Below are positions 11,789 to 25,089 of a stretch of DNA of 64,000 bases, in pieces. The position numbers and the translations under genes were made by a program. The DNA comes from Azolla caroliniana (lineage: Eukaryota; Plantae; Polypodiophyta). The notes beneath the pieces are model-generated. The model did not search any database, had not been told where the DNA came from, and saw only the letters and a list, made by a program, of their open reading frames with translations. The stretch spans positions 15,562,001 through 15,626,000 of the forward strand of contig JBHGNT010000005.1 of the NCBI GenBank assembly GCA_043228905.1, given 5' to 3'. Each line of letters begins with the position of its first letter. Position 1 is the first letter of the stretch.

Positions 11789-14700
11789 TGTTAGAAATCG
11801 ACGCTTTCAAAACCTTCACCTCTCGGCCACAACCGAGGAAACATGAGTCAATGCAGCAGTAAATCGAAAACACAGAGAGAGACTCGAATGCACAGGGTTT
11901 AGCGTGGAAAACCCTAGACGGGAAAAACCACGGGAGTGCAAGACTCCAACTATCACTATACGCAGGGAATGTACAATGGCGAGCTGCAAGGCGACGACCT
12001 TGAGCTCGCTGTCCTCGCCACAGGCGGCGGTATTACACAGAGGCGTCGACCTCTTCCTTTCTCTCTCTCTCACTCTCTCTCTCTCGGCTGCTCTCACTTT
12101 GCTCCCTCTAAGTGAAAACAGAAAAATGACCAACAACAACAAAACTGTTTGCCCTAAGTCATATTTATACACATATGACTTTCGGGCTATTTACAAATAT
12201 AGCCTCGAGGGCCCTTGGCAAACATATTCACAAATATGTCCCCGCATCCGGATCTCTCTCCGGGTACATTTGTCATCCGGCTCCGTAGCCGGGGTCTTCA
12301 TCATCCGGATCCGAAACCGGGTCTTCATCATCCGGTTCCGAAACCGGGTCTTCATCATCCGGTTCCGATACCGGGTACTCCTCATTCGGGTCTTCATTCC
12401 CGATTCCCGGACATCTGACCATCCCATCCGGAGGGACCGTAATCCCAACAAACTCCCCCTTCACTTCGGCATGGGATGTCTTTCCAGTCCGACCCTCTTC
12501 CGGCACGCTTCCAGCTTGTCGGGTGTGAGCACTTTCGTCAGCATATCTGACCCGTTCTCGTCCGTGTGGATCTTCGTCAGCACAAACTCCTGGTCTTCTA
12601 TCCTTTCCCGGATCCAGTGATATCTTCGCTGGATGTGCTTCGTCCGTGAGTGATAGGCCGCGTTCTTCGCAAGGTGGATGGCACTCTGACTGTCGCAGTA
12701 GAGTCGGTACTCCTCCTGCCGGATACCGAGCTCTCTAATGAAGTCCTTCATCCATATTATTTCCTTGCCGGCTTCAACAGCCGCCATGTACTCCGCCTCC
12801 GTGGTCGACAACGCAACCGTCTTCTGCAGCCTCGACTGCCACGAAACAGCTCCCCCTGCATACGTCATCACATACCCTGATGTGAACCGGCTGGTATCTG
12901 CATCAGCCGACATATCCGAATCGGTAAAGCCGTCGAGTTCGGGCTTACCGGAGCCGAATCGGAGGCACACGTTTGCCGTGCCCTTCAGGTATCGGAGTAT
13001 CCACTTGGCCGCGTTCCAGTGCTCTTTCTCGGGATTGCTCATGTACCGGCTCACCACTCCGACTGCATATCCTATGTCCGGTCTTGTACACACCATTGCG
13101 TACATCAAGCTTCCGACGGCAGAGGCATATGGTACTTTCATCATGTCCTCCTTCTCAGCCTTTGTCTTGGGGCTTTGCTTGCTGGACAACTTGCAGTTTG
13201 CCGGGAGGGTTGACCCGACCGGTCTTGCTTCCGACATGTTGAACCGGTGAAGCACCTTTGTCACGTACTTCTCCTCTGACAGCCACAACTGCTTCTTCTT
13301 CCGGTCCCGGATGATGTGCATCCCTAGTATTTGCCTCGCCGGACCCAGGTCCTTCATTGAGAAGGTTCGGTGAAGCGCTTTCTTCAGCATCCGTATCTTG
13401 ACCTGGTCCCGTCCGACGATCAACATGCCGTCCACGTACAGGAGGAGTATTAGAAAGTTTCCTCCTTCGAACTTCTTCACAAACACGCAGTGATCGGACT
13501 GCGTTTTGTGGTACCCTTCGTCGGTCATGAAAGAGTCGAACTTCCAGTACCATTGCCGGGGAGCCTGCTTCAGTCCGTAAAGGCTCTTCTTCAACCAGCA
13601 TACCAGGTGCTCCTTCCCTTTCTTATCGAATCCTTCCGGTTGCTGCATGTAGATCTCTTCTTCGAGGTCACCGTGAAGGAATGTCATCTTCACGTCCATC
13701 TGTTCTACCTCGAGGTCCATGCTTGCCGCTATGCTCAGCACCGTCCGGATGGAGGTCATCTTCACTACCGGGGCAAATATCTCGTCGAAGTCGACGCCCT
13801 TCTTCTGCTGGAACCCCTTCACCACGATCCTGGCTTTGTATCTCGGGGGGTTTTCGGCATCTCCCGGTTTCAGCTTGAACACCCACTTGTTTCGAAGTGC
13901 CCGCTTTCCTTTCGGCAACTCCACAAGTTCATATGTGTGGTTCTCATGCAGGGAATCCATCTCCTCCTGCATGGCACTTAACCACCTGTGGCTATGGGTG
14001 TCAAGCTTTGCTTCTTCAAAACTCTCCGGCTCCCCCTCGTCGGTTAGCAGCACGTGCTCTGGTTCCGGAAATCTCTGGGGGGGCCTTCTCTCTCTTAGAG
14101 GATATCTTCGTTCCGGAGCTTCGGTAACCGGCTCCTCCGTTTCCTCTTCATCCGAATCCATTTCGGGATCGGGGCCGGTTCCGGTATCAGTTTCATCTTC
14201 CTCGGCCGGTTCTGTATCTTCACCGTCTTCGGCCGGATCCTCGAGTGCTAACCGGTCCCTTGCCGGTCGGGACTGCTCCTCGTAGAGTTGATCCTCACCG
14301 GTCGACTTGGAGCTCTTCATCTTCTTCTCCGACTCCCAGTCGGCGAGTGTCTTGTCCTCCATGAAGATGATATCACGACTCCTGAATATCTTTTTGTCGA
14401 CCGGGTCCCATACTCGGTAGCCGAACTCGTCATCGCCGTAACCGAGGAATATGCATGGCCGGGTCTTTGGATCTACCTTTCCTCTCCGGTCCTTTGCCAC
14501 ATGCACATATGCGAGACACCCGAACACCTTCAGATGCCGGTAGGATACTTCCCTACCGGTCCACACTCTCTGCCGCGTGTCTCCGTCCAAAGGTACTGAG
14601 GGTGATCTGTTTATCACGTATGTCGCCGTCGACATTGCCTCAGCCCAAAACCCCTTGGGTAATTTCGCATGCGCCAGCATACTCCGGACCCTCTCCATTA

Positions 14701-17200
14701 TGGTCCGGTTCATCCTCTCGGCCAGCCCGTTCAGTTCCGGCGTCTTCGGCACAGTAAACTCGAGCCGGATTCCCTTCGAGCGACAATACTCCTCGAACTG
14801 CCCTCAGTATTCCCCTCCGTTATCCGCTCGTATCGCTTTCAGCTTCTTGCCGGATTCCCTTTCCACTCTCGCGTGGAGTTCTTTGAAGGCGCACAACACT
14901 TGGTCCTTTGTCTTCAACGGTGCCGTCCACAGCTTCCGGCTGTGGTCATCAATGAATGTCACGAAGTACTGGGCCTCGCCATGTGACTTCGTTTCTACTT
15001 GACACACGTCAGTGTGCACCAACTCCAATGGTGCGCTACGTCTCGTCGGTGGCCTTGAGTGGAAGGAGGTTCGGTTCTGCTTACCGGCCAGGCAATCGGT
15101 GCACTTCTCCAGGTGCACATGCTTCACTGGAATAAGGTTGTCTTCTGCAAGCCTCTTCATCCCCTTCTCACTCATGTGGCACAGTCTCTTGTGCCACAGC
15201 TCACCGGTAGTGTCGGCTGCCACGTTCAACTCCTCCGGACACAACCAGGCATTCATAAGGTACAGTGTGTTGACTTTCCGGGCCCGGGCCACTATCAGGC
15301 TCCCCTTGCTGAACTTCATTACGCAGTTCCGGATGCTACCTGTGTAGCCTTCATCGTCTAGCCTCCCGGCCGAAATCAGGTTCAATCGAACCTCCGGAAC
15401 GTGTCGGACATCCTTCAGCAACATTTTGCATCCGGTCGAGGTTGTCAACCACACGTCTCCTATGCCGGCAATCCGACATGTACCTTCATTTCCCATCCGA
15501 ACACAGCCATGCTCACCGGCTGTGTAGGATGAGAAGTATCTTCTTTCCGGGGTCAGGTGGAACGACGCTCCGGAATCGACCACCCAGGTAGTCTCATCGC
15601 CGGCAATGTTTAGTTCACCTTCTTCGGTGATGAGCATGATCTCCTCTTCACTTGCCGCGAGTGCCGTCGTTCCTTTCCGGTCCTGCCCTCGCCGATCCGA
15701 ACCATTCCGGTCCGTGGCTCCCCGGTAAGCACCGTTCCGTTCCGAAGACTTCTTCGAATCGGTGTCGTCGGCTCCGTTGTCTTTTCGGTAATGCCGACAA
15801 TTCTTTCGGAAGTGCCCCGGCTTCCCACAGTGGAAGCATGTGGGCCTTCCTCTTGACTGCGACCGGGTCCCCGACTTCTCCCGTCTTTGCGGACTCCGGT
15901 TCCGTTGTCTTCCCTGATCCGATTCGGTAAGCAGCATCTTCGGATCGGAGGCCGGTTCTTTATCTCTCTGACGCGCTTCTTCGTTCAAAATGCTTGTCTT
16001 TACCGTTTGTAGGGACAAGTTATCTTCGGTGCAGGAGGTGCTGAGAGTCACCACCAAGTTCTCCCAGCTTTCCGGCAATGTACACATTAGCATGATGGCT
16101 TGCATTGCATCCTCCAACGGGAACTTGATCGCCGCAAGCTGGTTCACGAATCCCATGAACGTGCTTACGTGTTCCACCATACTCTCGCCGTCCCGGTACT
16201 TGAGGTTCACTATCTTCCTCATCAGGGAGGTCCGGTTCAACGCATTCTTCCTCTCGTAGAGGCCCGACAGCTTCTGCCACATCTCATATGCGTTGGTGTC
16301 GTTCGCCACATGTTGTAGAACGCTCACGTCGACGTATTGCCGAATGGTTGCAACGGCTTTCCGGTTCAGAAGCCTCCATTCCGTCTCAAGTACCCCCTTG
16401 GGTATTTCCGACCTGTCGATCGGTTCATACAGGTCCCGAACGATGAGCAGATCCTCCATCTTTATCTTCCAGTCGGCGTAGTTCTGCGCATTCAGCACCA
16501 TCATCCCCGGCTGCCCGCTGCTGCCACCTTCCATTTTCTGCACTGCAGTCGCTCTGATACCAGATTGTTAGAAATCGACGCTTTCAAAACCTTCACCTCT
16601 CGGCCACAACCGAGGAAACACGAGTCAATGCAGCAGTAAATCGAAAACACAGAGAGAGACTCGAATGCACAGGGTTTAGCGTGGAAAACCCTAGACGGGA
16701 AAAACCACGGGAGTGCAAGACTCCAACTATCACTATACGCAGGGAATGTACAATGGCGAGCTGCAAGGCGACGACCTTGAGCTCGCTGTCCTCGCCACAG
16801 GCGGCGGTATTACACAGAGGCGTCGACCTCTTCCTTTCTCTCTCTCTCACTCTCTCTCTCTCGGCTGCTCTCACTTTGCTCCCTCTAAGTGAAAACAGAA
16901 AAATGAGCAACAACAACAAAACTGTTTGCCCTAAGTCATATTTATACACATATGACTTTCGGGCTATTTACAAATATAGCCTCGAGGGCCCTTGGCAAAC
17001 ATATTCACAAATATGTCCCCGCATCCGGATCTCTCTCCGGATACATTAGTCATCCGGCTCCGTAGCCGGGGTCTTCATCATCCGGATCCGAAACCGGGTC
17101 TTCATCATCCGGTTCCGATACCGGGTACTCCTCATTCGGGTCTTCATTCCCGATTCCCGGACATCTGACCATCCCATCCGGAGGGACCGTAATCCCAACA
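11789..17200 (-). mobile_element. Young, nearly intact Ty1/copia element; LTRs 16566-17200 (5') and 11789-12450 (3'), PBS 16551-16562, PPT 12451-12467, TSD GAAAC
   Basis: GAAAC at 11784-11788 and 17201-17205. The LTRs differ by about 4 substitutions seen by eye plus one 27-bp repeat unit. tRNA-iMet PBS. Confidence 0.97.
12461..16543 (-). pseudogene. Copia Gag-PR-INT-RT-RNaseH polyprotein interrupted by one in-frame TGA (14804-14806)
   Basis: ORFs 14804-16543 and 12461-14752 are in the same frame and read ...ADNGGEY*GQFEEYC.... Motifs: zinc knuckle CFHCGKPGHFRKNC, protease WVVDSGAS, integrase LVHTDVC. The RT motif reads YVDG instead of YVDD. Confidence 0.92.
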
Positions 17201-18300
17201 GAAACATTTGTGCTTCCAAGATTTATTTTAATAATCTATTCTTTTATTTTATGTAATTGTACCGGTCATAACAGGAACTATCAAGTGGAGTTAAGTTTCT
17301 TTGTATATCATGGATAGTACTAAAAAAATTTATAATCGAGTTTCATTGTCGAAATGAAACAAGTGGATGTATATGTAGTTGTGAGAGGATTTGAGTGAGG
17401 CAAATGTTATACATTTTAATCCATTGTGTAGCATCGTGTCATATAACGTTTACAATTGGAAAGATCTCTTAGGGGTCTTGTTTGTTTATGTTAACCTAAA
17501 AGCTTTGCCAAAAAATTTGAATGTAATGAATTGGGAAGAGTTGAAAATAAAAGTACGTGAAACTTTGGGTGTCCATTAAAATACTCTTTTTTATAAGTTA
17601 TTATGGTTGACATATTAGTGTCATGTTTTAGTTAATATTGTGACAATTTCTTGTATTGAGGAGTGCAACTGAGTTTAGTGTGTTATCTACACTAACAAAG
17701 ATAATTATCTAGTTTAGAAAAATGTAATAGTAGTTTTATAAGAATCTCACTTAACAAATTCAATTTGGTAATGGCAAATAATACAATTGATTTTGAAGCA
17801 TTTCAATTGTTCTATGAAGAACATGGAATCCAACAAGAGCTAATGAGTTAGCTTTTTAATGACTCTAGATGTACAAAAATTAAAGGGGACTAATTCATCT
17901 TTGGATAATGAGAGAGAATGATTAAGGATCTAGTTGTAGCTCATAAAATGAGGAGATCAAGAAGAAGTGAAAAAAGGTGAAAGTTATGACATTGAACCTA
18001 ACCTAATGAGTTCAAACACTTGGAGTAAGATTGTGTTCATGTTTGAACTTGTTTTTATGCATATGATTGTGCTCGTGTCATTATATGTGTGTAAGTGTGC
18101 ACGTAAAGGGCGATTGTAGTTGAAATTGTGTGTGTAAATATGTATTGTGTTTGTAGGTATATACATGTATGTTGGTGCAACAATTATTGTTGCAATGGTG
18201 ATTGTGGGCAAGCAGAGAGAATGACTAGCTCCTTTCCTTTTGTGTTTAGTAATAACTTATCACCTTAACATGTAGACTCGTTGTATTTGAAGGCTCATTG

Positions 18301-18625
18301 TTTTACAATGATTGCGTCATAGGTCATTTTACAACGATGATTCCTTGTTTTTTAGTAATGGTTCACCATTTTTTCTTTCTTCTTTGTGGAATTTCATGGA
18401 TTTGTCATTTCTCACATGCATTGGGTAAACAATTCAAATTAGTTGATGATTTGCTAGCTTTTTACAATGATTGCGTCATAGGTCATTTTACAACGATGAT
18501 TCCTTGTTTTTTAGTAATGGTTCACCATTTTTTCTTTCTTCTTTTCCTTGTGGAATTTCATGGATTTGTCATTTCTCACATGCATTGGGCAAACAATTCA
18601 AATTTGTTGATGATTTGCTAGCTTT
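18301..18625. repeat. Direct tandem duplication, about 159-bp unit, 2 copies
   Basis: TTTTACAATGATTGCGTCATAGGTC... starts at 18301 and again at 18460; the units are nearly identical. Confidence 0.9.
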
Positions 18626-19249
18626 TTAATAACAAATTGCATTAGTTCACTTGATAGTAAACCTATCTTATTTATAGGAATCAAGGGAAATGGAGAAGTA
18701 TAGCCGCATGTATTTGCCATATCATAAAAATAGGGTGAAACACAAGACCAGTTGTGTAAATTCAATATAAAACACGTTCGCATTCACAAGTGGAAGGATC
18801 ACGCACAAATGGAAGGATACGTAATATTCCGTCTAATGTTGGGGCTTTTTTGGCCATTTCACAAAACACCTTAATACTGATTTCACATGTTCTTGAAAAC
18901 TTGATGAAAAAGCTAAAAATTTCACCATTTGGTAAAATTGAAAAATGCCAAAATTTGGCCAAACACGAAAAGTAACTTTATGTATTTCCAAGGAAAAATG
19001 ACAACAAATAATTTTTCAGATCTTAAAGAAATTAAAAAATAAAGTTTTCAAAACAATTAACTTTTTTATATCATTCAATAAAATGTTGTTTAAATTTGTT
19101 ACAGATTGTTGCACAAAATATACATTCATGAGTTATTTGCATCATTGTGATCACTCCTTTCATGAGAGCCACTACTATAGTTAATATACAATAATGACTC
19201 TTCCTCCTCATTTTCTTTTTTCCAAAAAAAAGCTCCTTCCATTAGTTAT

Positions 19250-19980
19250 AAAATTTTACAAATGAGACAATTATGTACAAATCCCTGTAGGGACGCAATA
19301 GTTCCATCTTATGTGGATGCCCACTGACTCAAGAAAGGGAGAGGACAACCATTGTTGGATGAAGGCTATTCATTGTCTTTCAACTCCATCGGAGCCACCC
19401 TTGAGGCCATCATATTGGCTCTTTAGAGTGGCTACAATTTCATTCCATATCTCTTGCAGTAACCTTGTTGGATGTGTGGTTTGGTTGGAGAAGACCCATC
19501 TACATCGTTGTTTCCATAGAATCCAAAGGGTTATTGGGCTGACCAATTCCAACACAACTTGAGATTTGTCATTAAGAGGAGTTGAGTGGACATTGCTGCT
19601 GGTGGAGAAAAAAACCTCTTGTGCTTTTATCACCAAAGTCATCCCCTCCTCTTGGTGCTCATATTTGCCAACTGGGGTCTGCTATGATAGCCAACATATA
19701 TTTCCCCACTTGATTGAGCCTTGCACCTGGCATAATTGCAACAAGCCGTCAACCCCCCTTCCTCCTCATTTTCAAATGTACCAATCAAAGCATTGTCTTC
19801 ATCTAAAACCAAATGGTGTCTTCAAATTATGTGCACTAAATCTTGTTCGCCATCAATCTAAGACACCTTCTAGACTTGGTAATTTTTCTTTAATTATGTC
19901 TATCGTTGACTTCCTTAAATGTCCAACTTTTGTTAGTGTAAAGTCATACACAATGATATCCACCTGAGTTCTACTCTCTT
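19250..19980 (-). mobile_element. L1-type LINE ORF2 3' remnant
   Basis: ORF 19370-19642 contains ITLWILWKQRCRWVF, matching the WxIWxxRNxxVF motif at the C-terminus of plant L1 ORF2. Boundaries are approximate. Confidence 0.55.
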
Positions 19981-20216
19981 TGTCATCCTTGGTCCCACAC
20001 AAATGTTTCTATGTTGTGGATGGACCAAACTATCAAGATCCGCATTAGTTAGGTGCTTGAAGTGGTGATTGAGAACCACGAGAATATTTTATAGACCATA
20101 TGTAAACGGCATTTGTAAGGTCCAATTACTATTGACACAATTATTTTATAAACAAAGATTTCAGTACAATTCGATACAGTTTAACAATTTTATTTTTATT
20201 TTATTTTCATGAAAAA

Positions 20217-20408
20217 AAAAACTTTCAACATGAACTCAGTACATTATATCGAATTGTGATGAAAAATAGGAGTTTTCATCACAATTCAATACAATGTACC
20301 AAATTCATGTTCACAGTTTTTTTTTTCGACATTGTATCGAATTGTGATGAAAACTCCTATTTTTAACATCAATTTGATACAATGTAACGAGTTCATGTTT
20401 AAAGTTTT
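20217..20408. repeat. AT-rich nested inverted repeat (foldback-like)
   Basis: AACATGAACTC...ATCGAATTGTGATGAAAA-ATAGGAG-TTTTCATCACAATTCAAT...TTCATGTT forms a hairpin, and the whole unit recurs inverted immediately downstream. Confidence 0.7.
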
Positions 20409-23400
20409 ATAAAACACATCTCTCTCATCATGTGCATGTGGTACTTTATAAAGAATAATAGTATTGTCCAAAAGAACTAGATTAGAGGCGTTTTCCAAAA
20501 GTAGAAAAAGCAAGAAAAAAGATAAAAGAAGAAAACGCATAAAAAAGACAGAAAAAGCAAGGTAGAGAAAAAAGCTCATAACTTCTTCATCTCATATCCA
20601 AATTTCAAAAGAAAAGATTTATAAGAAAGATAACAAAGAGAGCTTTCTTGTATGACAAATTTGGAAGACAAACCAAAAATAATGATATGAAAAACGCATC
20701 ACACAAACTCGACGATATGTACAAAGAAAAGAAAAGAAAAAAGCAAAAATAATGCAACTAAAAACCTATAACTATGAGGGTATTCTTAGCAATTGGGAGA
20801 AAATGAGAGGAATAGAATATCTACAAGAAGAAGTGAGGAAGAATAAGAAGATTAAAAGAAGTGAGAAGAAGATTAGTTAAAGAAAGAGAGAAGAAGGAAA
20901 GACTATTTTGGCTAATAGTATATTGAAGTAGTTATTTTGGGTTGTTACTTTTGGAATCTAAGAGGATTGTATTGTTTTCCTAATAGTATATTGAAGTATT
21001 CTTTTCTCTTCCTCTTCTCTTCTCTATCTTTTTTCTTTCTCTCATCATCATATATCATCCACACATGTGCAAAAACACATACATAAACACATCAAAGGCA
21101 ATTACCAACCACACATGAGCTCACATATATATGCAACCACATATACACTTATAAAGATAAATTTAGGTAGAGACGGATGCATGCGCACAGTGAAACACAG
21201 AAACCAAATACTTACTATGCATATGTATTTTCATCCACATTGACATATAACCACAAGTTAAATCTGCAAACGTTCTGCACAGTTAAAATATGGAAACAAA
21301 TACTTACTATGCATATGAATTTGCATCCGCAAACGTTCTGCACAATTAAAATTTAGAAATTTGTATCATCTCTTGCCATTGCTCGCATAGTATATCATAT
21401 ATTACTACTCAAAAAAGCCTGAGATCTTTTCTCACTAACCACAACATGATTGATCTTTTCTCTCAAATCCCTGTGATATTCACTTTGTGCAATCCTCTTT
21501 GATAATTAGTGTGGCATTTATTGTCAAACACCATGATGTTTTTCTCTAATAACTGAGATCATTATCAAGGAAATTTCTGTGGTATTCTTTACTAATTGCA
21601 GTGATTTCATCTCGTTCATTACAATGACCTATTCTCTCTAATCAAGACAAATAATTGTGTTGATATCTATCACTAATCACTAAGATTTGCTTTTGTTAAT
21701 CATAGTGCTTTTCTTGCTAATATTTTCCTCTAGTCACTATGACATTTTCCCATTAATAGTTCTGAACTTCTCTAGTTTGTCCAAGTGATATTTTCTCATC
21801 TCACAACATGCTCTGATCTTTTTAATCATCGAGTTAACCCTAGCTATTATAAAAATATAAAAATAGATTAGTATTAACTCTCCTTTATAGTTTCAATTAA
21901 AAAGGGGAAGAGTTTATAAACCTTTATTTTATTTTATTTATTTATTTATTTAAAAAACAAATATTTTTATATTTATTATAGAAATATGATTAGTGTGAAA
22001 GTTCCATTTTTAATGTCAGATAAAAATATCCATAAATTTTGGGAGAATAAAAGTGAGGACTTAATGAACCTTTATTTTATTTTATTTATTTATTAAAAAT
22101 AAATCGAATACTTTTACATTTATTATAAAAATTTATTAGTGTCAAGTCCCTCTTTTATTGTCCCCTTTTTAATGTCAAGTCCCCTTTTTTATATCAAGGA
22201 AACTAAAAAGGAGGTCTTTTTCAAAGTTTTTTTTTAACGAATACTTTACCATGCATTCGTATACGTATTCGTTTGCATTCGAATGGGAAACCCCACAAAT
22301 GGGAATATTCCAATCTATGGCAGTAGTCTCTCTCTCTTCCCCTCCCACCCTCTCAATACTCACAAAATAAAGAAATCACAAAACTTGAAATAGATGTTTG
22401 TTTCGTTCAAGATCTAAAACCTTTTTCTCAACTTTTAAGATCTGGCCATGTTGAATTCCTCTCAGATATGGCACCCTTTTTCTGGCTATTTTGACAAAGA
22501 CAGATAAAGGAAATTTTCTTTTCTTCCCCTATTAGCTGAGAGAGATTTTCCTCTCGAATTACTAGAGAAAGTTGGAGGGATCCAAAAGTATGGTATTTAC
22601 CATCCTTCGAGGTTGTTTACCATACTCGAATGCGAATGCACGTATGGTTCATACTATGCACTCGATGGCTCTCTCTTTTCTACCTTACCTAGATTGATCT
22701 ATGTTTGCTTATAATTGTGGGATGTTTTACCGGCTTTCCAATTACTTTCAAACTTATAACACGTCTGCATTCACAAGTGGAAGGATCGTGCATTCCATTT
22801 GTAGATTCCTTTTATAATCTTACGATTTTACGCAATTTTTAGAACTTGATATACCAGTACCACATATCTTAAATAGCATATAAAATTTGCTAATTTTTTG
22901 AGATTTAACAAGTATCAAAATTATCATTTCTAAAGTTGAATAGTTTTTTGATAAATGTTTAAATGTTGATAGTGTGCAGATATGAAATGTAGTTAACTTA
23001 AAGAAAATCACAATGGTTAACTCAAAACACAAGTTAAGATTAATGGTTTCACCATCTTAAGGAGATGTAGGTTCCAGAAGTGGAAGTGACATTTATTGTT
23101 AGTGAAAATGTTTTACGTATAATGGGTAACACTCTAATCCTTAATGTCATTAACAACTATAAATTTAGTGCTCATCAACATCCATAAATCCACAACTCCA
23201 AAAATGTATATAATATTCCTTAACTATCAAACATAGATGTGACCATTAATATATCATTGGAACATATCACATAGTTATAAGGGTATCCACACTACTCTCC
23301 TCTTCTTCCTTTTGAGAGCTCTACTCCAAAATTATGCAGTAGTATTTATTCCACATAGGCTAGTGATGGTAGGGTCCTCTAATAGCTCATCGTGAAAATC

Positions 23401-24699
23401 AATAAGCTCCCTACTAGGTTCACCAAGTAATGGAGGAATAAGTTCATGAGATGCAGGTTTTGAAAATGTTAAAGCTTTAATCCTCATGTTAATGAAACTC
23501 ACTTGCTCATCATCCTTTTCTAGTGCAACAATATTTCCGAATAGCTTCAATGTAGATGCATATATGTAGTACCTATTAACATTTTTAAATGAAGATTGTT
23601 TTAGCTAAACATAAACTATATTGATTTCGTTGGAGAACATTTCAAATGATAAATATCAATATTAGATAGAATGTATTGATGGGTAAATCAAAATTCTTCA
23701 TGTAAGATCAATATTCCTTACCATGCAAGGTTTCCTATCCCACGACAACGGGATCTCAAGGCTTGTGTTGTAGAGTATCCTTGGTCCATGCTATGGATTA
23801 CGACAATTCTCCATAAGGATTTTGCCGTCAACTATGCGGAATCTTTTACCATCTTCTCAAGTTGTTTGAACCTAAATGATTCATCATCGTATATTGATCC
23901 AACCAAATGCTATGACAACAATAAATAATATGTATTTCTTCATTGGCAATATGATAATGTCATCTCAACCACATCACCACAATAGACATTATAGTATAAA
24001 TCCCAGGTGATATCTGTTTTGTGGCCAAATTTCTTAAAAGTGCCATCATCTTCTACACCATATGCCTTCACTAAACGTCATTCCTTTCCTTTCCAAACTC
24101 TTTCAAGATGTCCAAGAAATGATGTAGGAAAATCATGAATATCTTTCACTTCTCTCGATTTCTTACTATCATTGTCTTGGTATAACATCATTGAACAATA
24201 TTTCTATGCTCTCTAACTATAGGTGGCTTCCTCACATTGAGAGATTCTAAAGGTGAGCCTCAATTATTCAAACGAATTTTCTTTACCGTATGCTCATCTG
24301 ATATTCAATTGACCTTGTAGGCGCAAGATCGAAAAATATGGAGAAACTCAATTATATGAACCAATAAGTAATTTCTAACATCTTATATGTTTAAAGAAAT
24401 ATTAACTCTAGGAAAGGGCTCTAAATGCCAAAAAGGGACTGTTAGATACAAAATATGCCAAAAAATCATGAGTTTTTGTTAAATAATATGCAAAACAAAC
24501 ACTAAATAGTGTAGTAAAAACATTGAGAGAAAACGATTTTCCGGTGGAAAAACTTGGGAAAAAATAGAAATTCATTACAAAAATAGAGATTATTTGTGAA
24601 AATATACTTACAAGCAAAAATTGACTTCACAATATAATTTGTGTCTACGAAACTACTCTTACATATGATTGTGCATGCATGGAAGTGACTATGTATAAT

Positions 24700-25050
24700 T
24701 GTGTATTTGTGTGTGTGTTTATATTACAATGTAATTGTGTGTCCATGTGCTTATGTCGAACTTGTTTAGGGCAAAGTGTGCATAGTCGACCACTCTCATC
24801 ACTTGTGCCCCAACGGCCCGTCTCACATCGCAATGCATGTGAGCTAAGTCGCATGGAAGCAATGGTTTGAATAGAAGCAACATGTATCGATGTGTACAGT
24901 TTCCCTATTCTGCAAAGAATATGGTTTTATAGTTAGGTGGAACATTTGTAGTATAATGTATGAAGCATGAGCCTCCACATTTTTCCCATGTCATGATACA
25001 TTGGCATTGCAAAAAGGCCTCATTTACAGAATGTTTTAGCGTCTTAAACA
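24700..25050 (-). mobile_element. RTE-X-like LINE 3' fragment
   Basis: MRLSSHALRCETGRWG...RLCTLCP matches the RxxxHxLxxExGRW...CxxC motif of RTE-X/CR1-like ORF2 C-termini. It runs into a GT-rich simple repeat. Confidence 0.6.
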
Positions 25051-25089
25051 AGCCAATATTGACCACAAAGACCTAATTACAAAAGTTAT

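Larger units (their letters stand above)
9640..17273 (-). mobile_element. 5' half of a degenerate Ty3/gypsy element (gag and protease, about 9700-11250; PBS 11595-11606); its 5' LTR (about 11609-17273) is split by the 11789-17200 copia
   Basis: Retrotransposon-Gag-like ORF 10584-11108 (WTEFKRELCHCFIP, KFLTGFE, TCEEAMRVGE) and a protease-like remnant near 10040-10260. The PBS is TGGTATCAGAGC on the minus strand. The distal LTR end (...GTCATAACA, 17273) is tentative. Confidence 0.65.

Noticed and set aside
11816-12620. ORFs of 118-238 aa in copia LTRs, and similar ones in the 46418, 52508 and 57310 LTRs
   Set aside because: They arise from LTR simple and tandem repeats and recur only because the LTRs are duplicated.
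14804-14806. Programmed stop readthrough in the copia polyprotein
   Set aside because: The stop lies inside the integrase core rather than at a gag/pol boundary and is explained by a single CpG transition.
17274-17900. Copia integrase remnant
   Set aside because: Only a faint EEHGIQQEL-like patch is visible; too decayed to delimit.
18298-18621. 107-aa hydrophobic repeat protein
   Set aside because: It is a by-product of the 159-bp tandem duplication, starting at a non-ATG codon.
23332-23900. Host gene or L1 ORF1 remnant
   Set aside because: Only a 72-aa ORF with weak resemblance; no splice structure or motif could be supported.
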